Below the pieces are notes generated by a model that had not been told where the DNA came from, did no database searches, and worked only from the letters and a program-made list of their open reading frames with translations. Shown here one piece after another: positions 9,558 through 17,494 of a stretch of DNA of 64,000 nucleotides. The position numbers and the translations under genes were made by a program. The stretch is from assembly GCA_039588275.1 (NCBI GenBank), contig JBDHAC010000007.1:1-64000 (forward strand), in the 5' to 3' direction. Source of the DNA: Gemmatimonadota bacterium (GTDB lineage: Bacteria > Gemmatimonadota > Gemmatimonadetes > Palauibacterales > Palauibacteraceae). The first letter of the stretch is position 1; the number at the start of each line of letters is the position of its first letter.

Positions 9558-10538
9558 TCAGGCCAGCCGACCGGCGGCTTCGAACCAGGCGTAGGCATCC
9601 TCCAGCGTGGCCCTCAAAGGCCGGGGGGCGAAGCCCAGGTCTCGGGCCGCTTTCGCGTGGCTCACACAACGGCTCGACCGGACGAGACGGTCAAGCGACT
9701 CAATCGTGTAGAGTGGACGCCTTCCGCTCAAACGGCTGTGAAGCCTGGCGAACGGAACGCCGGCTCGCGCCAGCCACAGGGGCGTGGTGAAGCGCGGCCC
9801 CTTCCTCCCGGTGATCGATTCCACCAGCGTAGCGAGCTCGCGCACCGTGGTCCACCCGCCGCCGAGCAGGTAGCGCTCGCCTGGCGTCCCCCGCTCGACG
9901 CCGGCGACCGCCGCGTCGCACACGTCTCGCACGTCGACCCAGTCCGAGCCACCGGGAACCAGGCTGGGCAAGCGCCCATGATACAGGTCGAGCAGCACTT
10001 CGCCCATCAACGACGGTCGATGGTCGTGTGGGCCGATGATCGCGGTCGGGTTGAGGATCACCGCGGGCAAGCCTCGCTCGACCCCGGCCAGCACCTCCCG
10101 TTCGCCGGCGGCCTTCGACCGGTCGTACGCGAACGCCGTCGGACCGACCGGCGACCGGTCTTCGGTAAGCTCCTCATCGAACGGCGCCTGGGTAAAGGCA
10201 TGGAACGAGCTGAAGTGGATGAACCGCCGGACACCCGCATCCAGGCAGGCCGCAACCACGTTCCGGGTGCCTTCGACGTTGACGGCGTGGACCTGGCCGT
10301 CCGGGTCGCCGTCTATGGAGATTCGCGCGGCTAGGTGAAAGACGACCTCGACGCCGTCCAATGCATCTCGAAGCGTCTCGATCTGTAGCACGTCGCCCGT
10401 CACCCGCTCGACGTCCACGCCATCCAGGGCGTCGCTCGGCTTATGGCAAAGCGCAAAGACCGTGTCGCCACGCCCTGCCAGTGAACGGCAAAGGTTCGCC
10501 CCCACGTGGCCGGTGGCCCCGGTCACCAGAGCCCTCAA
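9558..10538 (-). CDS. Extended SDR, dihydroflavonol-4-reductase/HpnA/3beta-HSD-like
   Basis: LVTGATGHVG, VFHLAA, VNVEGT, YDRSK, VDVRDV; probable TTG start at 10538 with GGAGG upstream. Confidence 0.88.
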   Translation of the reverse strand: MRALVTGATGHVGANLCRSLAGRGDTVFALCHKPSDALDGVDVERVTGDVLQIETLRDALDGVEVVFHLAARISIDGDPDGQVHAVNVEGTRNVVAACLDAGVRRFIHFSSFHAFTQAPFDEELTEDRSPVGPTAFAYDRSKAAGEREVLAGVERGLPAVILNPTAIIGPHDHRPSLMGEVLLDLYHGRLPSLVPGGSDWVDVRDVCDAAVAGVERGTPGERYLLGGGWTTVRELATLVESITGRKGPRFTTPLWLARAGVPFARLHSRLSGRRPLYTIESLDRLVRSSRCVSHAKAARDLGFAPRPLRATLEDAYAWFEAAGRLA

Positions 10539-10832
10539 GCGCTTTCGAGCCCTCCGGTCGAAATCACGGCATCTCCCCGAATTAGACGGCTCCGCGCTCG
10601 CTCGAATGGCCGCTTCTTGCCCGAACGGCCTGCCCGAACGGCGTCCGGAGACACGCGTACCCCACGAATATGGGACGGCTGGGGAACGGAGTTTGCGCCC
10701 GGACCCCGCAACTCCGGTGGAACCCGAGCCCCCCGAAGTGAGTATCCGGGGGCTTTGTACGTCAAGCCGAACGCACGGGGGAGAACCATCCGAAAGCGCA
10801 TACTCGAGTTCGGGGGGTGGGGTCAACGCTCC

Positions 10833-11483
10833 ATGGGAGCGTTGCCTGAATCGACATGGCAGGAGGAGCTGGTCAACACCTTCACGGGGGGCGTCGGCCT
10901 CGTGGGCGCCGTGCTGGCGCTCGGGATCCTCGTGCAGGCAGCCCTTCAGGCCGGTTACTTCGAATACCTGTTCGGGGCGGTGGTGTACGGCTTTACGCTG
11001 GTGTTCTCCTACGCGGCGACGACGCTGTACCACGGCGTGCGCGACGAGCCCCGGAAAGAACGGCTGCGCATCCTCGACCACTGCGCCGTGTACACGTTGA
11101 TCGCCGGGTCGTATACGCCCGTGGCGATCGCGGGGCTCGGCGGACGCATCGGTTGGCTGCTGCTCGGCGCGGTGTGGGCGTTGGCGGGGATCGGCATCCT
11201 GTTCAAGCTCCGGTACCGATTCCGCTTCCCGGGTACCTCCGTGCTCATCTACCTCCTGATGGGGTGGCTCGGTGCCGTCACCATCCGCCCGGTTGTCGAG
11301 GCGATGGGATCGCAGGGCTTCATGCTCCTGGCGGCCGGCGGGCTGGCGTACACGATCGGCACGATCTTTTTCGGGGCGAAGCGCCTGCCGTATCACCACG
11401 CGGTGTGGCACGTGCTCGTGATTCTCGGAAGCGGGTTCCACTTCCTCGCCATCTCCGGCTACATACTCACACCCGTCGCCTGA
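10833..11483 (+). CDS. Hemolysin III / PAQR family membrane protein (TrhA-like)
   Basis: EELVN, TLYH, LDHCAVYTLIAGSYTP, YLLMGW, HAVWHVLV; seven TM helices. Confidence 0.92.
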   Translation: MGALPESTWQEELVNTFTGGVGLVGAVLALGILVQAALQAGYFEYLFGAVVYGFTLVFSYAATTLYHGVRDEPRKERLRILDHCAVYTLIAGSYTPVAIAGLGGRIGWLLLGAVWALAGIGILFKLRYRFRFPGTSVLIYLLMGWLGAVTIRPVVEAMGSQGFMLLAAGGLAYTIGTIFFGAKRLPYHHAVWHVLVILGSGFHFLAISGYILTPVA

Positions 11484-11579
11484 CGCGCGAGCGTATGAGG
11501 TGGCGGCCGTGTGTGGCGCGCCGGCGCAGTCGGGAAGCCCGACTGGTCACACCGTGACGCACGGCTGATATTGCGCGCC

Positions 11580-14500
11580 ATGCGAGCCTCCCGCGCCGTC
11601 TTGCTCGTCGCGTTCTTCCTGTCTGGGGCCGCGGGTCTCATCTACGAAGGCGTCTGGAGCCGATACCTCGCACTGTTCGTCGGGCACAGCGCCGAGGCTC
11701 AGGTGCTCGTCATCGCGATGTTCCTGGGGGGGATGTCGCTTGGGGCGGCCGCCACGGGAGCGCGCGCCCGGCGGCTATCGCGTCCGCTGCTGGTGTACGC
11801 CGCGGCCGAGGTCCTGCTGGGAGGGTTCGGGCTCACGTTCCATTTCGCGTTCGAGCTCCTGACACAGAACGCGTACGCGTCGCTGTTCCCATCCCTGCCC
11901 GGAGCGACGGCGATCTCCATCTACAAGTGGCTGGTCGCCAGCCTGTTGATCTTCGTTCCGTCGCTGGTGCTGGGCACGACCTTCCCGCTCCTGGCGTCGG
12001 GGGCGCTGCGCAGGTTTCCCAGACGCCCGGGCGAGACCATCGCGACCCTGTACTTCGCGAACAGCTTCGGCGGCGCAGTCGCGATCCTGGTCGCCGGCTT
12101 CCTGTTGATCGGTCTACTGGGGCTCGTGGGCACGCTGGTGAGCGCGGCGGCCTTGAACTTCGCCGCAGCCGCTGGTGCGTTCGCGGTCCACCGCACGACG
12201 CCAGTGCACGCGCCGGCAGCGCAGGCCGAGGCGCAGCTGACACGAGCCGAGACACCGGATGACCTGGCGGAAGCCGCGGGGACGGCGGCGGGGACGGCGG
12301 CGGAGGCGGCGGCGGCAGGGGCGCCCGGTTCGGGGAAAGCACGGCAGCGGCTGTGGCGGTGGCTGCTCGGGGTGAGCGCGTTGACGGCGGTGGCTTCCTT
12401 TATCTACGAGATCGGCTGGATCCGCATGCTCTCGCTGGTCATGGGGAGCGCGACCCACTCCTTCGAGCTCATGCTGTCCGCCTTCATCCTCGGACTGGCG
12501 ATCGGGGCGCTTGCCATCCGCCGGGCGGCCGACCGCTCGCCTCGACCCCTCATCCTCCTGGGGAGGATCCAGTGGCTGATGGGCCTGTTCGCGCTCGCCA
12601 CCCTGCCGGTGTACGTGGCGTCCTTCGGCTGGCTGGGCGACCTGGTCACGCGGCTCTCGGCGACCGATGGCGGCTACCAGACGTTCAACCTCGCGCGCTA
12701 CGGGGTGGCGCTCGCCGTCATGCTCCCCTCCACGGTCCTGGCCGGCATGACGCTCCCGGTCATCACCAACACGCTGCTTCGTGCGGGGGCGGGGGAGCGC
12801 TCGATCGGGTGGGTCTACGCGAGCAACACGGCCGGTGCGATCGCGGGCGTCATGCTGGCGGGGCTGATTCTGCTACCGGCGCTGGGGCTGAAGTGGATGC
12901 TGATCGCGGGAGCGGCGCTGGACATGGCGCTCGGCGCCTTCCTGTTGTGGCCGGGGCGGTCCGCCGTCTTTCGCGAGGCGACGGGCGGCGAGCGCGACGC
13001 GCGCCCGGGCCCGCGGCCTCGGGTGGCGGTCGCGGCGCTGGGTCTCACAGCGGTCGCCTGCCTCCTGGCGGGACTGGGTCTGCCGTTCGATCGGGTCCTG
13101 CTCACGAGCGGCGCGTTCCGATACGGCCGGGTGGATCCCGACGCGCAGTCGATCCTCTACTATGCGGATGGGCGGACCGCCACGGTGGGAGTCCACCTGA
13201 CCGAGCCGGACAGCGTGATCGCGCTCACCTCGAACGGGAAGCCTGACGCGTCGCTCACCGCGCGCTGGGTACGGGCGGCCAGCCAGCCCCTCCCCCCAAA
13301 GCCGATCCTGCAATTGGACGAGTCGACGCAGATGCTTTCGGCGCTGGTGGCGCTTGCGCACGCCCCGGGCGCGGCCTCCGCCGCCGTGATCGGACACGGG
13401 TCGGGCATCTCCGGCCACTTCCTGCTCGCCGATCCTGAGCTGGGCTCGCTCACGACGATCGAGATCGAGCCGCGGATGATCGAGGCGTCCAACATCTACT
13501 ACCCTGCGAATCGCCGCGTCTTCGATGACGAACGCTCCGAATTCGTGATTGCGGACGCCAAGTCGTATTTCGCGCACGAGCAGGCCCGGTACGACCTCAT
13601 CGTCTCTGAACCGTCGAACCCGTGGGTGAGTGGGGTCGCCGGGCTGTTCAGCCAGGAGTTCTACGGCCACCTTCGCCGGTATCTGTCGGATCGCGGCGTG
13701 TTCGCGCAGTGGATTCATCTGTACGAGTTCACCGACGAGCTGGTCCTCAGCATCCTGTCGGCGTTCCACAAGAACTTCCCGGACTATCGTGGCTTCCTCG
13801 TCGGGGACGCCGACCTGCTGCTGGTCGCCACGGTCGGCGCGGAGCTGCGCGAGCCCGATTGGAGCCTCTTCCAGAGCGAGGCGTTGCGCGAGGAGCTGTC
13901 GCATGTGGTCCCGATCCGGCCCGACCACATGGAGGGGCTGAAGGTGTTCGAGCGGCGCGAGCTGAGTCCCTTGCTGGATGATTGGCCGTCGCCCCACTCG
14001 GACTATCGGCCCGTGCTGGACGTGGGGGCCGAAAAGGCCCGCTTTCTCGACGCTTTCGCGCTCGGTACGTACTCTCTCGCGACGTCACGCTTTCGTCTCG
14101 CAGCGGCGCTCGGTGGTTGGCGCCTCGATCCGGGCCTCAGTGGAGAGGCGCCCATCCCCGGGATCGCCCCGCTCCGAGGTCGTGCGATCGCGGCCGAGAT
14201 CGCGCGGGGGCTCGTGGATCCCGGAGCGGCGCTGGCTCGCTACGCGGAGGTGCCTGCCAGCGACGCCCGCGCTAGGTGGGCCCGAATCCTTCAACCACCC
14301 GATGCCCCGGATGCGGCCGATGCATGGGACGCCTGGCTGGATGACTTCCTGACCGTGGAGCGCGGGCTGCACATGGCCACCGCGGGATTCGCCGACTCCA
14401 CCTTCTTCGGGACGGTTCGTCAAGTTATCGACGCTGCCCTGGCGCCGGGGCGAGTACACGCGGTGCTTGCGTTTGCCGAGGGACTCGCGGGTTGGGACTT

Positions 14501-14780
14501 CCAGATGGCGGCCGAGGGCGCCCGTGGCATCCTCGAGCGTTCTGCCGAGACCGGAGCGGCCGGCGCGGCCCAGCGCGGGCTCGTGTCGGAGCTGGGCCCG
14601 CTGGATCCGGAGTACCTACTGGACGGGGCCGTCGTGGCGTTTCTGGAGACGGGCGACGCCGAGGCTGCGGCCGAAGCGTACCGAGCGCTGGCTCCGGTGA
14701 CGGGGCGGGGGCACGACGACCTGCGCATGCGACTGCTTCGGGCTCACATCGGGTCGGCAGGGGGGACGATCACCGACTAG
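11580..14780 (+). CDS. Fused MFS-like membrane / spermidine synthase-like protein
   Basis: FFLSGAAGLIYE and ASFIYEIGWIRML membrane repeats; SAM-binding region IGHGSG, IEIEP, ADAK, IVSEPSNPW. Confidence 0.88.
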   Translation: MRASRAVLLVAFFLSGAAGLIYEGVWSRYLALFVGHSAEAQVLVIAMFLGGMSLGAAATGARARRLSRPLLVYAAAEVLLGGFGLTFHFAFELLTQNAYASLFPSLPGATAISIYKWLVASLLIFVPSLVLGTTFPLLASGALRRFPRRPGETIATLYFANSFGGAVAILVAGFLLIGLLGLVGTLVSAAALNFAAAAGAFAVHRTTPVHAPAAQAEAQLTRAETPDDLAEAAGTAAGTAAEAAAAGAPGSGKARQRLWRWLLGVSALTAVASFIYEIGWIRMLSLVMGSATHSFELMLSAFILGLAIGALAIRRAADRSPRPLILLGRIQWLMGLFALATLPVYVASFGWLGDLVTRLSATDGGYQTFNLARYGVALAVMLPSTVLAGMTLPVITNTLLRAGAGERSIGWVYASNTAGAIAGVMLAGLILLPALGLKWMLIAGAALDMALGAFLLWPGRSAVFREATGGERDARPGPRPRVAVAALGLTAVACLLAGLGLPFDRVLLTSGAFRYGRVDPDAQSILYYADGRTATVGVHLTEPDSVIALTSNGKPDASLTARWVRAASQPLPPKPILQLDESTQMLSALVALAHAPGAASAAVIGHGSGISGHFLLADPELGSLTTIEIEPRMIEASNIYYPANRRVFDDERSEFVIADAKSYFAHEQARYDLIVSEPSNPWVSGVAGLFSQEFYGHLRRYLSDRGVFAQWIHLYEFTDELVLSILSAFHKNFPDYRGFLVGDADLLLVATVGAELREPDWSLFQSEALREELSHVVPIRPDHMEGLKVFERRELSPLLDDWPSPHSDYRPVLDVGAEKARFLDAFALGTYSLATSRFRLAAALGGWRLDPGLSGEAPIPGIAPLRGRAIAAEIARGLVDPGAALARYAEVPASDARARWARILQPPDAPDAADAWDAWLDDFLTVERGLHMATAGFADSTFFGTVRQVIDAALAPGRVHAVLAFAEGLAGWDFQMAAEGARGILERSAETGAAGAAQRGLVSELGPLDPEYLLDGAVVAFLETGDAEAAAEAYRALAPVTGRGHDDLRMRLLRAHIGSAGGTITD

Positions 14781-14922
14781 GCGGGTGCCAAAAGGGTTGG
14801 AAACTGGCCCGCATCGATCGCCGTACATATCGTCGTACGGGGCCTCTATCGGTCCGTTCGCCCGGGCCGGGCCCGATAACGGGTCAATCCTGTGCATGAC
14901 CCAAGACGCGCGGAGCGACACG

Positions 14923-15234
14923 ATGCCTGTCGAAATCCTCGAGATGATCGGACCCGTGATCGTCCTCTTCCTCATCGGATGCGTCATCCTCCTCTTCCCC
15001 ATCAGTCGGCGTTTGGGCGGAGTGATGGAGGAGTGGATGAAGCTCAAGCGGGAGACGTCGCCGGACCGCACGAAGCTCACGAACCTGGAACAGACGGTGT
15101 ACGAGGTGCGGCATCTGGTCGAGAACTTGAATCAGCGGGTCACGCTTCTCTCGGAGCGCCAGGACTTCATGGAGTCGCTCATCGAGTCGAGGAAGCCCGA
15201 GGAGCTCCCCGCGGGGCAAGTCGCCGGGGATTGA
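14923..15234 (+). CDS. Small single-TM protein with coiled coil
   Basis: GGAG 7 nt before the ATG; N-terminal TM helix, coiled coil, ERQDFMESL tail. Confidence 0.7.
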   Translation: MPVEILEMIGPVIVLFLIGCVILLFPISRRLGGVMEEWMKLKRETSPDRTKLTNLEQTVYEVRHLVENLNQRVTLLSERQDFMESLIESRKPEELPAGQVAGD

Positions 15235-15244
15235 ACCAGCTACC

Positions 15245-15283
15245 GCGGGAGCCAACCGCCGTTGCCGACTGGCGGGCTCCCGC
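15245..15283. terminator. GC-rich hairpin between convergent genes (possible bidirectional terminator)
   Basis: gcgggagcc (15245-15253) pairs with ggctcccgc (15275-15283), with an inner cgcc/ggcg stem; no U-tract. Confidence 0.45.
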
Positions 15284-15306
15284 AATGGCGAACCGCCCGG
15301 CGAAGT

Positions 15307-16953
15307 CTAGCCGGCTCCCACCACGAACTCCCGCGCCTCGGTGACCTCGGGCCGTTCAGATTCCGCTTCGCCGATCACTTCGAGAAGTCGCGCGTAGAAG
15401 CCGCGCGCCTTCCCGTCCTCACCTATCGCTCGCGAAGCGCGGGCCGCCCCGACGAGCGTCTGGAAGCGCCTCGGCCACGCCTCGAGCGAAGCCTCGTACG
15501 CGGCCAGCGCTTCGGCAGGACGACCGAGCTCCATCAACAGATCGCCGAGCGCCTCGTTGGCTGGAAGGAGCGAGCCGGGGGACACGGGATGCTTCTGGAT
15601 GCCTTCCTCCCACTCCACGGCCGTCCGAGCCAGCGCGACGGCTCCCTCGCTCTTGCCGCGTGCGTGCGCAATGCGTGAAGCAAGGACGATCCGGTCGATC
15701 TCGATATAGGTCGCGAAACCTCGTTCACCCGCCTCAGCCGCTTGGTCCCGGAGCGCTCGCATCCGCTCTTCCGCCCTGACCGCCTCCTCGAGATCGCCTG
15801 TCTGTGCGGCCCCGAGGCCGCGTGCGAACCAGCTGAGGGCCTCCGGCCACGGGTACCGGTCCCAATCGACCGAGGCCCGTGCGCGCGGGGTCACTCGGGC
15901 CGCCTCCCCCCACGCACGACGCTCGAGAGCGTAGCGGGCCGGCATCGCCGCGACGTGGAACGCGCTCGAGAACTCCTGCTGGTATGCCTGTTCGCGGTGG
16001 ATGACCTCGCGCAGGGCGGCCAGGGCCCGTCCGTCCTCACCGCGCTGCAGGTACGCGTACAGCAGGTAGTCCATCGCGTGCGGGTAGTGGTTCGACACGC
16101 GGTCACCGGCCGGCAGCTCGAGCGCGGCATCGGCCGAGCGGCGGTTCCAGGTGATCACTTCGGGCCATGCGCCCAGGCGGACGAAGATGTGCGTGGGCAT
16201 GTGCAACGCGTGAGGCACGCTGGGGGCGATGTCGTCGTAGCTCCGAACGATATCCAGCGACTCGTCGGCTCGACCCGTTACGTCGTTCGCGTGGATCGTG
16301 TAGTGGAGCGCGCCGGGGTGCATCGGCTCCCGCGCGTATACGCCGAGGAGCACTTCGGCGGCCCTCTCCTGATGAACCATCCGGTTCTCCGCCACCAGCC
16401 CGGCCGCCATGTGCGAGAGGGCGTAGAAGGCGGCTGTCTCGAGGTCGTCGGGGTGTGCGGCGTACGCTTCCTCCATGGCCGCGGCCCAGCGACGGATCCT
16501 CGTCCACCAGTCGGCGGTCTCGGGCCCCGCGTAGAACGCCTCGGCCGCCGCGACGAACGCCCGCTCGCGATCCGTGCCTGCTCCCAACTCGACCGCCTTT
16601 TGCACCTCCTCCCACCCGCGCATCAGGTGCTCGGGGGTCGGTCGCGCCGGCCAAAGGGGCTGAAACAGGGTCACGGCGACGCCCCAGTGCGCCATCGCGC
16701 AGGAAGGATCAGCCTTCGCGATTGCCTCGAACGCCGCGCGCGACTCCACGTACTGCATGTGGTGCAACAGGGCCACGGCCCGGTTGAAGTCCGTCTGTAT
16801 GCCCGAGTCGCACGACACGGGGAAATCGACGACTCCAAGGGCTGCGTCGTGGAGCTGGTCGGGCTCCTGGGCCACGCTGGCCGCGGGCGCCAGCGCGCTC
16901 AGCACGACGATCGAGAGAAGCTGTGTGCGGGACGGATCGAACGAACGGTGCAT
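15307..16953 (-). CDS. Secreted TPR-repeat protein
   Basis: Signal peptide; VDFPVSC, DPSCAMAHWG, HPGALHYTIH, PHALHMPTHIF; TPR-like helices. Confidence 0.85.
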   Translation of the reverse strand: MHRSFDPSRTQLLSIVVLSALAPAASVAQEPDQLHDAALGVVDFPVSCDSGIQTDFNRAVALLHHMQYVESRAAFEAIAKADPSCAMAHWGVAVTLFQPLWPARPTPEHLMRGWEEVQKAVELGAGTDRERAFVAAAEAFYAGPETADWWTRIRRWAAAMEEAYAAHPDDLETAAFYALSHMAAGLVAENRMVHQERAAEVLLGVYAREPMHPGALHYTIHANDVTGRADESLDIVRSYDDIAPSVPHALHMPTHIFVRLGAWPEVITWNRRSADAALELPAGDRVSNHYPHAMDYLLYAYLQRGEDGRALAALREVIHREQAYQQEFSSAFHVAAMPARYALERRAWGEAARVTPRARASVDWDRYPWPEALSWFARGLGAAQTGDLEEAVRAEERMRALRDQAAEAGERGFATYIEIDRIVLASRIAHARGKSEGAVALARTAVEWEEGIQKHPVSPGSLLPANEALGDLLMELGRPAEALAAYEASLEAWPRRFQTLVGAARASRAIGEDGKARGFYARLLEVIGEAESERPEVTEAREFVVGAG

Positions 16954-17068
16954 CTTTGACGACCTCCGGCGAAGCCTGTGGTGAACGATGCCGAATAGAG
17001 TAGGGGGTCATCGTCCACGCTGCACGTCCGGAGGGTCCTCTCGCACCGCACCCCGGAACTCCCGCCGC

Positions 17069-17097
17069 TTGCGGCAGATGTGCTACATAGCTAGCAT
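17069..17097 (+). promoter_or_regulatory. Putative sigma70 promoter TTGCGG-17-TAGCAT with overlapping palindrome TGCTA-N6-TAGCA
   Basis: -35 at 17069-17074, -10 at 17092-17097; inverted repeat 17081-17096 in an AT-rich patch upstream of padR. Confidence 0.5.
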
Positions 17098-17154
17098 TAC
17101 TATACACGTGCGCCGTCGCACGCGAAAACGGTATCGGCCCAGGCAAGGTGATCC

Positions 17155-17481
17155 ATGGTTCGAAAGACGCTGGGACTCACGACGATTCAAGTCCTGTATG
17201 CGGTAGCCGCCGGCTCGCGGTATGGCTTCGACATCATGGACCGAACCGCTCTGGCGAGCGGGACGGTCTACCCGGCTTTGAGCCGCCTGGAGCGACAGGG
17301 TCTGCTGAGAGCCAAATGGGAGGACCAGCGGGTCGCGCAGCGGGAGAAGCGCCCACCACGCAAGTACTACCAGATCACGAAAGACGGACAGCGACGCTTG
17401 CTCGAGGAAGCGGAGCGGATTCGCGCCGTCGAACGGGCTCTGCCAAGAGACCTGCGAGGTCTCGAGACGGCGTCGAGCTGA
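17155..17481 (+). CDS. PadR family transcriptional regulator
   Basis: YGFDIM, SGTVYPALSRLE, RKYYQIT winged-helix motifs. Confidence 0.92.
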   Translation: MVRKTLGLTTIQVLYAVAAGSRYGFDIMDRTALASGTVYPALSRLERQGLLRAKWEDQRVAQREKRPPRKYYQITKDGQRRLLEEAERIRAVERALPRDLRGLETASS

Positions 17482-17494
17482 CGCGTCAGGATCC

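Noticed and set aside
9558..11441. N-terminal extensions in the ORF track (627-aa SDR, 665-aa ABC1 kinase, 559-aa DctP, 539-aa LeuA-like, 361-aa NmrA) that look like fusions
   Set aside because: The extensions overlap other real genes and are low-information; internal starts with RBS or stop-start overlaps explain the genes
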